From contig JAUCBJ010004493.1 in NCBI GenBank assembly GCA_032718475.1, positions 1 to 64,000 on the forward strand: 64,000 bases of DNA. The letters are read 5' to 3'. Made by a program: the position numbers and the translations under genes. Under the pieces are notes generated by a model that was given only the letters and a program-made list of their open reading frames with translations, was not told where the DNA came from and ran no database searches. This document shows positions 1-14,400 of the stretch, one piece after another; the first letter of the stretch is position 1; each line of letters starts with the position of its first letter. The DNA is from Nemertoderma westbladi (lineage: Eukaryota > Animalia > Xenacoelomorpha).

Positions 1-1393
1 TGATGAGTTGTAATTTTACTTCACCATCTAAGAAAGACATGAGATCAGCCATGGTAGGACTTCGTCGTTGTTGTTCATTCATGTACAACACTTTCTTGTC
101 CCAGCGTGTACATACTCCACCCTTTGGTAAAGTAGAGACTACGGCTCCAATAACCATGGAACTCTGGTATTCGTGCGACTTACCTAACCAGTCCAGTTGT
201 CTACAGATCTCTTGAATTTCATCGGAAAACTCTATAATCCCACTACTAAGGAAGTGTCGGGGGGCTACTAATTTTGCATACAAATACTTAGCTATGTTAT
301 CCTTGTTACCATACCTGATGTTTAATGTATCCCAAACTTGTCTTAATCCATCTGGATGTCCAATAAACTTTAACGCCATTAACTTGGGAGGTCCTTCCAA
401 GCACTTGATGAGGAATCTAAGTTTCTCTCCGTTAGATAGTACAGAGTTCTGTATGCTATCTTTGTAATATTCGTTGAAAGGTAACCATTTCATCTCATCT
501 CCATTGAATTTGACGATCTCTCCCACTTTGACCGCTTGGCGGGCTTCTGTTCTAGCCATCTGACGCGTAAAGCTTTCTTGGGCCATCGTGTTATTTAATA
601 TCGAATTATCGGTATACAAATTTCTCGGATCATTATCAGGTCTATAGGGAATATCATTAATAACAGGTCTATAATCACCCTTAATAGGGTTTGCTATAGG
701 AGTTTCAACTTCACTAGCAGTATAGATGCGTGTAGGCTCCACACCTTGCGCATGTAATACTTCAGACCTAACGGGTTGACACAATGTTACAGGGGGCATT
801 GGTATGCCTTTTTGTATATTGACTAATTTGTCGCGTTCTAGCGCGATACTTTGCTGCACTTCTTGCAACTCTGCTCTACCTTCCCTCACTGTTCCCTTAA
901 GTTGGTGGACAGTCTCCTGCATCTGTCCTAGCAGGAGATTCATCCCCCGCCGTCCCTCTTCCACCCACTCAACCGCCGAAGCGGGAGTCGCCAACATAGT
1001 AGCGGGCTGACGCGGGACGACGGGAGACAAATTATTGATTTCTCTCTCTGCTATCTGGACAGGGGTATTTGCATGGACTGTTCCACCGGGTACAGGCAGT
1101 GTAGTGCTATGTAAAGGGAATTTAGAGTTAAGCTCTGGAAGTGTAGGGGTCTCTAGCACAGAAGTGACTTTGGGAACTACAGGCCTAATTATTTCAGGTT
1201 CATCGACTATAGTAGGGAGTCTTTTGACCTGGATAAATTGTTCTATGGGTTCTGCACTACCTAAATCTGTGCTAGTTAGCTGTCTTTTAACAGCTGGGGG
1301 CAAATCAGGCAATTTACGACGGTAATATGTTTTTCTACGCCTACTTAGATGAGATCTATTTCCTCCGCCTTCAGGATCGGTAGTATCGCCTTC
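1..1393 (-). CDS. Bel/Pao LTR retrotransposon Gag (DUF1759-like), N-terminal part; the frame runs off the left edge of the window
   Basis: Hand translation gives a 464-codon frame with no stop, containing KFNGDEMKWLPFNEYYKDSI...LSNGEKLRFLIKCLEGPPK...VWDTLNIRYG, typical of Pao-family Gag. It is absent from the ORF track because it has no stop inside the window. Confidence 0.8.
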
Positions 1394-2365
1394 CTATATT
1401 ATACAGTATGTACTGTAGTCAAGTACAACCTTTTTCCAATTAGCTACTGGAACTGGGGACTGATTGACTAGGGCGACAGGACGGCACTTAGACGGCTCCC
1501 ACTAACATGATGCGCACATGTGTGGGGCCCAATAATAGTATAAGGAATGAAAACGAGAATGGGGGAATGGGGGGGGGGGGGGGGAATGGAGAGACTTTGA
1601 CTTTGATTGACACGATGAGAGAAAGTGAGAGGAGCGCAATTCAAGTGTGGGGAGCGAGTAAGATAGAGTAGAGTGGAGTTAGAGTGGAGCTAAAGTGAAG
1701 TTAGAGTCAGATCAGAGTGTGGAGAGTTTTTGAAAATTGTGTGAAGAGTCCACAATTGTCTCAAACAGAGACGTCAGATGTCTTGGTGCAACATAGTTTC
1801 CGGTTACACCAAGAAGGGGTAGTAATATCATGCCCAGAGGGAGCGGCCTGGAAAGCCGACTCCAAGAAAAGAACTCAACCCCACACCCGATAGTAGAATG
1901 GGTTCCAGCGGAATTGAAGCGCACTTGTAGGTGATGCTATCTTCTCACCGGGAAGATAGCATGGGGGGGGGGAGTGTAAGCGGATTCAATTCCGCCGCAT
2001 TACCCTCACAAAGTGGGGACAGTGGCATTTTCAGCAATATATTGGAGATACGAGATTAGCAGTAACTAATCTCGTATCACAACCAATATCAGGGACAGTA
2101 CAACCCCAAAGCCACACACAAAGGGAGGGTTAGAGGTCAAACCACCTCGGAAGGGGAAACAACCAGCAGGGGCCAGTAACAGGGGGGGAAACACTCCCAG
2201 AGAGTGAAAGGTTATTGTGAACTAGGTTATTAGCCAATAGGGGCGAAGGAGGGCATCCACTGGGTAAGAGGCCACAGTAATATAGAAGTAATTATACATA
2301 TATTATGCCGTTACCGGTCTGATTATTCAGTTACCCAGTTATTGGTTTTAGTGCAGACCGGTGAC

Positions 2366-2590
2366 ATCCTTCACCGTCACCAATATTCTACTAGCATACC
2401 AGTTTGATTATTCACTACTCTAATGTGCTATTATTATTAGGCCTATTCTTATTAGACAACATCAAGAGACAACATCGAACTCCCATTGTTTTTCCAACAT
2501 CGGCCTCGGCCAAGCTGCCAGCACCACCCCGAAGACAAAATGGCGACGCGTAGCTGATTTATCCGGTCGGGATCGCTTGATCCCGTCACA
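2366..2590 (-). mobile_element. Putative 5' LTR (starts TGTGACGGG at 2590) and primer-binding site (TGGTGACGGTGAAGGAT, 2382-2366) of the Bel/Pao element
   Basis: A TG start and a TGG...GGAT PBS-like motif lie upstream of the gag frame in the same orientation. The second LTR is outside the window, so this is unconfirmed. Confidence 0.5.
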
Positions 2591-2636
2591 GTTTTACTCT
2601 TTATTACTCGAAATATGTTCAATACTGTAGTAATAA

Positions 2637-3410
<774 letters not shown>

Positions 3411-3879
3411 GTGTGTGATCCTACATTTATTTGCAAGTTCAATACAATATCAAAATTATTCCAGAGCCCACCATCCAACGGACGTTACCTATGTGCGGAT
3501 GTGTGTGGATTCCATTAATTAGAGTTTATATTTTAAATTTTTACGTAAATATTTAAATATTTACGTCAGAGGCTGGCAATACAAGGTAGGAGTGTAATCT
3601 TCCATTTTAGTCCTCCAATCCGTCTTCCAATCTAGTCCATTTTATACAACTTAATGATTGACAGGATAGAGAAGAAGTGGACCAGCACAAGCATAGTCTC
3701 TGAGTCAGTCCACCTTCCAGACATCAAAGTAAGCGCTGATTTCCAAGTAAATTCCTAATGAAATCCAAGTCAAATCCTAAGTGACACCAAGTCTGGAATT
3801 GCTGGAATTGTCTGGGTCTAATGCCACGGTTAACAAAAACAGTCAATCATTTCGACTTCTTTCCCAATTTTGTATTGGT

Positions 3880-6335
3880 ATTGTAGTTGCTCTTTGTTGG
3901 TCATTGCTGCTCATTGATGCTCATTGTTGGTCATTGTTGCCCGTTGTTGCTCATTATTACTCATTTGTTGCTCGTTGTTGCTCATTGTTTCCCATTGTTG
4001 CTCTTTGTTGCTCGTTGTTGCTCATTGTTACCCATTATTGCTCGTTGTTGTTCATCGCTGCTCGTTGTTGCTAATTGTTACTCGTTGTTGCTCATTATTA
4101 CCCATTTGTTGCTCGTTGTTGTACTGTATTATTGCTCGTTGTTGCTCATTGTTTCCCATTGTTGCTCATTGTTGCTCTTTGTTGGACGTTGTTGCTCATT
4201 GTTTCCCATTGTTGCTCTTTGTTGCTCGTTGTTGCTCATTGTTGCTATTTGTTGCTCTTTGTTGCTCGTTGTTGGTCATTGTTGCTCGTTGTTGCTCATT
4301 ATTACTCATTTGTTGCTCGTTGTTGTACGGTATTATTGCTCGTTGTTACTGATTGTTGCCCGTTGTTACTCATTGTTACTCGTTGTTGCTCATTGTTTCC
4401 CATTGTTGCTCGTGGTTGCTCATTGTTGCTCTTTGTTCCTCGTTGTTGCTCATTGTTGGTCATTTCTTCCCATTGTTGCTCTTTGTTGCTAGTTGTAGTT
4501 GGTCGTGGTTGCTCATTATTACTCATTTGTTGCTCGTTGTTGTACTGTATTATTGCTCGTTGTTGCTCATTGTTTCCCATTGTTGCTCATTGTTGCTCTT
4601 TGTTGCTCTTTTTTGCTCATTGTTACCCATTGTTGCTCGTTGTTGTTCATCGTTGCTCGTTGTTGCACATTGTTGCTCTTTGTTGCTCATTGTTGTTCAT
4701 TGTTGCTCGTTGTTGCTCATTATTACTCATTTGTTGCTCGTTGTTGCTCATTGTTTCCCATAGTTGCTCTTTGTTGCTCGTTGTTGCCCATTGTTACCCA
4801 TTGTTGCTCGTTGTTGTTCATCGTTGCTCGTTGTTGCTCATTGTTGGTCATTGTTTCCCATTGTTGCTCGTTGTTGCTCATTGTTGCTCTTTGTTGCTCA
4901 TTGTTGCTCATTGTTGCTCGTTGTTGCTCATTATTACTAATTTGTTGCTCGTTGTTGTAATGTATTATTGCTCATTGTTATCCATTGTTGCTCGTTGTTG
5001 TTCATCGTTGCTCGTTGTTGCTCATTGTTGCTCGTTGTTGTTCATCGTTGCTCGTTGTTGCTCATTTTTGCTCTTTGTTGCTCATTGTTGCTCGTTGTTG
5101 TACTGTATTATTGCTCGTTGTTGCTCATTGTTTCCCATTGTTGCTCATTGTTGCTCTTTGTTGGTCGTTGGTGCTCATTGTTTCCCATTGTTGCTCTTTG
5201 TTGCTCGTTGTTGCTCATTGTTGCTATTTGTTGTTCTTTGTTGCTCGTTGTTGGTCATTGTTGCTCGTTGTTGCTCATTATTACTCATTTGTTGCTCGTT
5301 GTTGTACTGTATTATTGCTCGTTGTTACTGATTGTTGCCCGTTGTTACTCATTGTTACTCGTTGTTGCTCATTGTTTCCCATTGTTGCTCGTGGTTGCTC
5401 ATTGTTGCTCTTTGTTCCTCGTTGTTGCTCATTGTTGCTCATTGCTGATCGTTGTTGCTCGTTGTGCATTTTAGCACCTACAATTCATTGTTGCTTGTAG
5501 TTGCTCGTAGTTGCTCATTGTTCCCCATTGTTGCTCGTTGTGCATTTTAGTACCTACCATTCATTGTTGCTCGTAGTTGCTCATTGTTCCCCAGTGTTGC
5601 TCGTTGTTGTTCATCGTTGCTCGTTGTTGCTCATTGTTGCTCTTTGTTGCTCATTGTTGCTCATTGTTGCTCGTTGTTGCTCATTATTACTCATTTGTTG
5701 CTCGTTGTTGTACCGTATTATTGCTCGTTGTTGCTCATTGTTTTCCATTGATGCTCATTGTTACTATTTGTTGCTCATTGTTACCCATTGTTGCTCGTTG
5801 TTGTTCATCGTTGCTCGTTTTTGCTCATTGTTGGTCATTGTTTCCCATTGTTGTTCGTTGTTGCTCATTATTACTCATTTGTTGCTCGTTGTTGTACTGT
5901 ATTATTGCTCGTTGTTGCTCATTGTTATCCATTGTTGCTCGTTGTTGTTCATCGTTGCACGTTGTTGCTCATTGTCGCTCGTTGTTGTTCATCGTTGCTC
6001 GTTGTTGCTCATTGTTGCTCTTTGTTGCTCATTGTTGCTCGTTGTTGTACTGTATTATTGCTCGTTGTTGCTCATTGTTCCCCATTGTTGCTCATTGTTG
6101 CTCATTGTTTTCCATTGTTGCTCTTTGTTGCTCTTTGTTGCTCGTTGTTGCTTATTTTTGCTCTTTGTTACTCTTTGTTGCTCGTTGTTGCTCATTGTTG
6201 CTCGTTGTTGCTCATTATTACTTATTTATTGCTCGTTGTTGTACTGTATTATTGCTCGTTGTTACTGATTGTTGCCCGTTGTTACTGCTCATTGTTTCCC
6301 ATTGTTGCTTATTGTTGTTCTTTGTTGCTCGTTGT
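3880..6335 (+). repeat. Degenerate 10-bp minisatellite (TTGTTGCTCN)n with higher-order blocks, about 2.45 kb
   Basis: 10-bp period is obvious (e.g. line 4861). It produces the spurious LLIVAHCC ORFs. Confidence 0.95.
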
Positions 6336-6737
6336 TAGGTTACTGTATAGTGTAGACTTATAGACTTGTAGACTTATGATATTTTTTTTTGAAAAGGCTC
6401 TTTTTCACACTAATATTTTCAAAATTGAGTTAATTAATCTAACTTTTTTTTCACTAATTTCCAGAAAATTATTTAAAAAAGGTCTTTTCGAGTCCATGTC
6501 TATTATCTAACTGAGGATATGCAACTTAATTTTTCATAAAAGGTTCAATTCCGAAGTATAGAGTGAAACTTAAAGGCGTGCGATAATAATTAATGACTGG
6601 AAAATTGTCCTTTTGAAGTTTGAAGAAGATAACGGCTCGTTGCGAAAGTTACGTCAGCAGGAACTAAAGCGGGAAGTCATGTTTCCCTGGTCAGCTGCAT
6701 TATATACTAAGTGGCTAGCTAGGCAGCAAGGCGGCAA

Positions 6738-6795
6738 TAATGTGTCGCGGGCACTAATGTGTCGCGGGCACTAATGTGTTGCGGGCACTAATGTC
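6738..6795 (+). repeat. 17-bp tandem repeat TAATGTGTCGCGGGCAC x3
   Basis: Seen directly. Confidence 0.85.
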
Positions 6796-8897
6796 TCAAG
6801 ACCATTGATTTGACCAAGAGATGTACTTTCTCTTCCGAGTTTCGTTCTAGAACTAGAATTGAGTGGATAATACTTTTGAAGCAGATTTTTTCAACACCTG
6901 TAAGCTGGGTTTATATCATAAAATCAGATTATCATACATGTTCTACAGTAGTATTACATTATAATGTTTGTTCCCTAACCGCCCTCGGTCTACCAAAGCC
7001 AAAGATCTGGTTTGTCTATAACATGCTTTGTTTCTCTATAAACGCAGTCTTCATAACGCACTTTACTAAATGCCGTCAAATGTGAATGAAACAGTAAACT
7101 TTCAATTTTGTCGCCCCATAGCGGACTATATTCTGGGATTTGGCTTGACCTAAAATGGGAACATCATTATGTCGTAACCAGAACATTCGGCATTGCATGA
7201 AAACTGCTTCCAGTAAGATGCAGTTTCCATTAAAGGGGTGCAGTAAAGTTAAAGTAAACTTTACTTTATTGATAAAAAAAACTCCATCTCCCAACTTCCA
7301 AGATCCTGCAACAGGGTACAGTAGTTAATCAAGATTGAATCAATCGCAGGTCGCTGAGGCCTTTCAAATTAATAATGCAGGATACGTTCTTCGCTAGAGG
7401 GGTTATCATTTCCTGTCACTGAGATGTGTTGAGATGAAATTATTGTAGGCCTATATCTGATGAAGTTCCAAGTTCATATTCATTTTTTATATTCATCTGA
7501 TTCGTCATTATAACGGGATGAATACGTTCTGTATGGTAAACAAGAATGGATTATCGCTTATGTGATGACCTCAGAAACACAAACAAATAACAAAATCACG
7601 GGGGAAGATGGGGTTGCGCCACACCTTATGAATTAATTATAATCTAATATGACATCAATAACTTTATTAGTTTGCGCTCTCGTAATGCATAACATTTGTG
7701 GCACGTTGCCGTGCAGAATGCACTTTCTTTAAGAAAGCTGTCAGCTCATTAATTCTGGACCGTCATCTTTAGGTTAGTGATTAACACGGTATGACGATTA
7801 CATTTTTTGTCCACGTCCCACACGATTCATTCACTCTGGTGGCTTTAATTCGTTAAATCGTATTTCTATTTAGTTAGACTACAGTTAGATATAATAATTG
7901 GTTGATTCAAGTCCTATAATCTAGCAGTTTATAGGATTACGGTGCGAGGCGTTTTAAAACGTTTTCGGGGGCAACCTTCCCGGTGCACAGGTAGGCCCAC
8001 ATAGTCAGCGGCCTATTGAGTTACCGGCATACAATACAATAATAGGTTAATTAAAGATGTACAGGAATGGTTAGTACAATACAGTACCAGTACGACTAAG
8101 CAGCAGCCCCGTACAGACGTGTGTAGCTTTCTATTTCAACTTCGTGTACCGGTAATTGTTATTAGTTATTGGCAGCTTTACAGTACCGTAGCAACACGTT
8201 TTTTAGTGGAATGAGGGGTGTCGTCGCGTTACGGCTAATTTTTTGAGAGATTAGCCGTAACGCGACTTTCAAAGTCGCGGTACGGCTACTTTAAAAGTCG
8301 CGTTACGGCTAATTGTCGCGTTACGGCTAATCTATTGTCTTGGTTTTACATAGGGAATCATTATCAATATAATGATATAATAATGCAGTGTTTATTATGC
8401 CCCTATGGTGTTTATGTATACGTAGATGAGGTTCGAAAAATGTAATGTGGGGCGAGTCAAAACTGCGAAGATGGTTTGCTGCTTTTGCTGCACTAAGGCC
8501 CCACTCGTGTAATAATGGTTTACAGCATGGGAGTATCCGGGGGGGGGGGGGGGGGGGGATTTTACATCTTTCATACTGTAATATTGTATTCTATGGTATT
8601 CTTAGTCACAGCCTTGAGGCTGTGACAGGTACGGATTACAGCCAATAATAGCAGCCAAAGAAGGTGAAGGTCCAGCTGCATTGGGAGGGGGTGGTGATCC
8701 CGACCGACATGGCATGTTGGTGTAGTGAACCACCCTTTCGTGGCCGAACCATTCCAACCCACCCCACCACCGAACCAAATGCCATATGCGGGCGCGATGA
8801 CTGGCTAATTCAAGAGCTTTAGTTTTAGATACTTTTGATTTGATTATTAATGATAATTTAAAAGTGCAATATTTCGGCGATATACTGATATACTTTC

Positions 8898-10554
8898 GGG
8901 GGTAAACGCTACGCCTACACTTACACACTGCCTACACACTGCCTACACGCTACGCCTACACTTACACACGCCCACACTTACACATACACCCCTTTGTAGG
9001 CATGTTAGTAAAGAAGCTGATTGAGAGACTGCTCCGTGGAAATCAGAATGGGTTCCGTAAAGGTCGTGGGACCATGGAGCCAATTTTGGCACTTAGAAGG
9101 ATAATTGAAGAGTTATCAAAAAAGAAAGACAGGCATCTGGCTGTTATCTTTGTTGACTTCTTCAAGGCTTTTGATTCAGTATCTCGCTCACGTATGTTCA
9201 GCATACTTTCATTATATGGGATTCCTGATGAAATTATTGCAGCAATCAGATCAGTATACGATGGTTCGACAACATTTGTGTCTACTGTTGACGGTGACAC
9301 AGAACCATTTGAAGTGTTATGGGGCGTCCTCCAAGGAGACACACTTGCACCATTCTTGTTCATTATTGTGGTTGACTATGTTCTACGCATGTCCTTAGAT
9401 CATTATAATGATGAAGGGGTGATGATAACTCCACCTACTGGCTCCAGAAGTCGAGGAAATCCTGCCAAGTACCTAACTGATCTAGACTTTGCTGATGACT
9501 TAGGAGTACTCTCAGAATCATTAGAGGGAGCCCAACGGCTCCTCAGCTCATTAGAACATGCTGCTTCTAGTGTTGGTCTTTTTATTAACTCCAGAAAGAC
9601 CAAAATTCTGACAGTTAACTTTGAAAGTCCTCAGCAAGTCTCTGATCGGATGAGCATAAGCTCAAAGGATGGTATGCTTGAGCATGTGGACGACTTCTGT
9701 TACCTGGGATCATGGATCCGGAAGTCAGGTGAGGACCTTCGAATACGTAAGGGAAAGGCATGGGCAGCCTTGAATAGGCTTTCCAGGATTTGGAAGTCAC
9801 CGAGAATTAATCGGAAACTGAAGGTCCGATTATTTAGAGCAGCAGTAGTTCCAGTACTCCTCTACGGGAGTCCATGCTGGGCTCTAACTGCTGAGGACAC
9901 CAAATCTCTGGATGGCACATTCACAAGAATGCTACGCCGGGTTCATTGTGTCAAGTACAATGCACACATCTCCAACCAGACACTATATAACATTGGAGGT
10001 GTCTCATTGGTTCCCCCAAGCTTGACACTAGAACAAAATCGCCTCCGCTTTGCAGGACACTGCTTTCGCCGTGAGGTCCAGCCAGTGCATAATCTTGTAC
10101 TTTGGCAGCCTCATGGAGTGAATAAGCATGGTGGACAGCCCATGACTTTCTTGAGACGCATCTTAAAGGACAATGGCCTTAAAGATGCGGATGATCTAGC
10201 AAAAGTCATGGGTGATAGGGAGTTGTGGCGGTGCAATTTTGTTGACAAGCCGGCACAGCATTCTTAAAAATGCAGCTGCAATGCAGCATGCCGATCCTAG
10301 TAGTAGTAGTAGTAAAGAAGCAGGTTACAGAGGCGAGTTGAAATGAACCAAAACAATAAACTAGAGATAGGAAACATTATTTAATTGAGAATCAGCAGTT
10401 TGAGGATCAACAATCAGATGTATTGACATACCAGCAGGCCGGTACAGGGGTGTGTAGGCGTGTGTAAGTGTTTGGGGGCGTCTGTAGGGGTGTGTAAGTG
10501 TTTGTAGGCGTCTGTAGGCGTGTGTAAGTGTTTGTAGGCGTAACGTTTACCCCC
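8898..10554. mobile_element. Mutator-like (MULE) MITE nested in the previous element
   Basis: TIR GGGGGTAAACG(C/T)TACGCCTAC at both ends; exact 9-bp TSD TATACTTTC (8889-8897, 10555-10563). Confidence 0.85.
9018..10309 (+). mobile_element. 5'-truncated RTE-clade LINE with an uninterrupted reverse transcriptase frame (ORF 9002-10267)
   Basis: RT motifs QNGFRKGRGT, FVDFFKAFDSV, GVLQGDTLAPFLF and LDFADD; (TAG)n tail; TSD TAGTAAAGAAGC (9006-9017, 10310-10321). Confidence 0.92.
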
Positions 10555-11110
10555 TATACTTTCGACCAATATACCTGTTACTGTGTACTGTGGTAGGTAC
10601 TCAATACAACAATAATATTACAATAATTAATAAATTTATTTTTTTTAGTTAAAATCACCCCCCCCCCCCCCCCTTGATTCTCCCATGCTGCAATACATTT
10701 ATTACATTAAATTTTTCGAACCTTGCTCATCATAACGTAAACACCATAGAATAATATTGATAATGATTCCCCATGTAAAACCAAGACAATAGATTAGCCG
10801 TAACGCGGCTTTTTGAGTAGCCGTACCGCGACTTTCAAAGTCGCGTTACGGCTACTCTGAAAATTAGCCGTAACGCGACTTTCCGAACGCAGCATTAGCC
10901 GTACCGCCACTGCGCCGAATGAGGAGCTGGTGAGGATGAGGTTCTTCGCAGTGGGTCTGGGACGATTATCTATTTCCAAAGAAAATGATAATGTTAAAAA
11001 GTAGCTAAAATACTACTTAAACTAAAATACTACTAAAATAATACTTAAATCATTATCAGGTGGACCAACACACCTTGTTAAAAACCAAATTAAAATTTTA
11101 ACTATTATAA

Positions 11111-11378
11111 CCATCCATGTGAAGAATACTAGGTTTTCACTTTTCTGTCGACTTTTTATTGGAATTTTATATATGAAGAATTAGTATTTTTTACTCTTTA
11201 TTAAGAGTTTTAGCGCGTATTTCATTCTTCCTTATAACCTGTTCAGATACTAATTCGTTTATTGTTTTGGGTAGTTTCAGTTCTTCTGTAACTTGGTTTT
11301 TTAGTGAAAACCTGGTATTTTTCACATGGGGGTAAACTGCAAAGTGAAATATAATGCATAAAGTCTGTTATACTTCAC
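11111..11378 (-). mobile_element. MITE-like repeat (inverted ends CCATGTGAAGAATACCAGGTTTTCAC), copy 1
   Basis: Internal inverted repeats; full-length homology to 61596-61859 in the opposite orientation; a partial end at about 11989. Confidence 0.75.
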
Positions 11379-12225
11379 ACGGGCCATTTAGATTAGTTTA
11401 GTTGAATTAATAACAAAATACATTAAAATTACTTTTTAATAGAAGTTGAACAGGATTCCAGTTGCTATTTTCATATGCAATCATGCAGTTTCCCACGAGA
11501 AATATCTTAAATTACGGCTTATAATAATCGTTATCACCCAATCATCGACCTTTGAAGGAAATACAACATGATAGAGGTCCGTCATTGGCTAACTACTGTA
11601 GGACAGTAGTGGCAGCATTATTGGCCTGGAAGAAAGAAACGCTACATTTCAGATTGTTTGGATAGGAAGATATTCCGAATTGGAACTTTAAACTTCCAAA
11701 TGCCATCATCCCCGTGGCGATCGCATCATTCCTTTTTACTAGTACATATTCTTCACACATTATTAAACTTGGAATGAATCTCTGCGTGGGATTTGCTATC
11801 CATCTCCCGTGCCTACTTCAAATTATCCTACGGTAATTATTTAGTAGGGTTTTCACAAAACATAATATCCTTTCATTCGATTCAGTGCACTTTGTTAATT
11901 TATAACTTATTTAATTTTTTCTAGCCAAACAATATTTATGACTACCAACCATTTTCAGCCTAATGTACGTACATATCGGCGTTAAACGCCCTTATGAAGA
12001 ATACCAGGATTTCACTTTTCATTTCATAATTAACGGATCCCTAATTCGTAGGAATTAGAGATCCAGAGATGATCTTATCTGGGAGGATAAACCATTCCAG
12101 AATCCGACAAGGTTGCACACAGTTGACGAAGTCCTGTCATTGTGTTTACGAAAGTTATCAAGGTAATATGTGGCATTATATGTGGCATATAATATATAAA
12201 AGCAGCTTCGAAGTACTACACTCGT

Positions 12226-13093
12226 ATGGTAAAAACCCTGCTAGGGGTTAGAGTGCAAACGCCTATTGATTTATGTCTTTTAGATATTGGTGCACCAAAT
12301 CTTGATTTTTACATATTACGTGCTAGGAAAAGATTTATTAAAAAAATGTTCAAGGATGTGGATCTGGATATGACTATTCCATTTCACAAAGTCTATCAGA
12401 TCTGCAGAGATGCGAATACTCCTGGTTACAAACTTCTTTTGTCGTCTGCTAAATTTAGTGAAAAGTGTGATCCTTCATTGCAAACAGTTACTAAAATTAA
12501 TAGTAAACCGGTATCTTCAACGAAATTTATGACATACAGTAGTGAAATAAATAAGATGTTACAACCACATCCTTTGTATAATTGTAGAATTCCATATGTC
12601 CCGGACTTCTATAGGCTAGCATTCAGTAGACTTCGGTTAATGTCACACCGTTTGGCAGTAGAGACGGGGCGTTGGTCTAGAAAACCCAGAGACATGCGCG
12701 TTTGTCCGTGTGACAATGTCTCTATACAGACCGAAGCTCATGTGCTGCTGCATTGCCGTCTATCCGAATGCCTACGTTTAGAAGGTAGGAAAGTGTTAAA
12801 TATGTCGTGCTTAGATGTATTGTTAAACTCTAATGCAGATTACGTAACATTATGTAGATATATATATAACGTTTTGGATATATATGCATGAAATATCGTT
12901 TAATTACTTCTGTGTATTATTGAATACTATATAATTATATATGATTGAGTATTGGACTATTCTAGAATTTAAACTGGTGACTACTGTGCCCATAATTGAA
13001 CTTTAAATTTGTATTTATATTTTTTGATTTGTGTATTATGGTATGTATATTAACTCTACAATAATAGAATTGTCAATAAACAATAATAATAAT
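12226..13093 (+). mobile_element. 3' fragment of a non-LTR retrotransposon (RTEX/L2-type ORF2 C-terminus) with a 3' UTR and (AAT)n tail
   Basis: The 221-aa ORF contains SRLRLMSHRLAVETGRW...RVCPC...TEAHVLLHC, a typical LINE C-terminal Cys/His motif. AATAAAC(AAT)n lies at 13075-13093. Confidence 0.8.
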
Positions 13094-14400
13094 GGCTGGT
13101 TGCGAGAAAAGGGACCCGGGGAAAAAATGTTCATTTTGAGAAAAACGCGTTTAAAGTTTGGCTCTTATTAAAATCGACTGTTTTCATTGGTTTATTGGTC
13201 GTTATTGGGGTGTTTGTATTGGTTTATTGGTCGTTATTGGGTTTTATTAGAGCGAAATTCAAACTGTATTATACTAGTAATAGTACTAAGCACCGTATAC
13301 ACTTGGTTTTTTAGATTATCGTAGAATATCTGTAGCCTATTTGGTTACTTATTATTGTACAAACAAGTTAATACACTAATAATTTAGAATTTATTATGGA
13401 AACTGAAGCAGAGTGGCTGAACCTATTTTAAATAATATGGTTTTCTAGGTCGCTGATCACGATAAAAACTTGTTAAAAATATTTTTGGAAACGCAACCAT
13501 AATTTTTTGTGCTATTTTGGTCCACCAGTATGAAAAGTACAAGTAAAAAAATATCAAAATTAAAAAAAATGTGTTTGGTTTGATAATTCCGAACGTAAGT
13601 GTTTTTGAGGTCGCTGATTACGATGAAACTAGTTATAAATATTTTTGGTAATGCAAACCCAATTTTGGTGCTATTCTAGAGCCCCAGGACGAAAATTACA
13701 AGTACAGTAGCACAAACTTATAAACTGTCAAATTATGCCTTTGGTTTGGTAATTCTGAAGCTATACTGGTTTTCAAGGTCGCTGATCACGATACAACACG
13801 TTACAAATCATTCGTGGTAACGAAACTGTCAATTTTGGTGCTTGTCTGGTGGGACGAAAATTACAAGTAGCAAACATTTCAAATTGCAAAAAGCGAATTT
13901 GGTTGGATAATACGATATTTTTGAGTGTAATATTCGTGACCAGTGTCCCAGAAAACCCATAATGTCTAAAAGTCAGGTTGATTTGGTAATGATTTTTGGT
14001 TATCAAACTTTTGCTACTTGTATTTTTCGTGCCGCACAAACACACATATCGAAAAAATTGTTTTAATTCGTGATCAGCATTCCAAACAAACCATATGTTC
14101 ATAAAATCAATTTAATTTTGTGGTGATTTTTCATTATCATATTTGCACTACGAATTTTTTTGTGACCCAGAGGGCACATTAAAAATAACCAAAAATTTTC
14201 TAGAATGTTATATTTGCGTTCAATGTGATCAGTGTGCAAAAAAACCGCTATATATAGCGCAAAAAAATTAATTTTAGTGAATTATAAAAACATTTGAAAA
14301 TGTTAGCACGAAAAATACCTGAGATGGATGCCAGAAAGGACCACATCAAGAAATTAACATTGGTTGCGAGAAAAGGGACCTACGTTTTTAATTTTTTATT
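13094..14400 (+). mobile_element. Decayed DNA-transposon sequence with subterminal modules of about 165 bp (AGGTCGCTGATCACGAT...); superfamily uncertain (Chapaev/Transib-like)
   Basis: The module repeats at about 13447, 13608 and 13776, and again at about 21269 and 21437. TGGTTGCGAGAAAAGGGACC occurs at 13098 and 14361. An inverted homolog of 14140-14345 lies at 17650-17855. Confidence 0.5.

Larger units (their letters stand above)
8217..10916. mobile_element. Long-TIR non-autonomous DNA transposon (Merlin-like, GG termini), host of nested insertions
   Basis: Termini GGTGTCGTCGCGTTACGGCTAAT and the reverse complement GGCGCAGTGGCGGTACGGCTAAT; inverted arms about 300 bp; exact 8-bp TSD GAATGAGG (8209-8216, 10917-10924). 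Confidence 0.8.

Noticed and set aside
6810-7560. Possible decayed coding or transposase sequence
   Set aside because: Only short ORFs with no recognisable motif.
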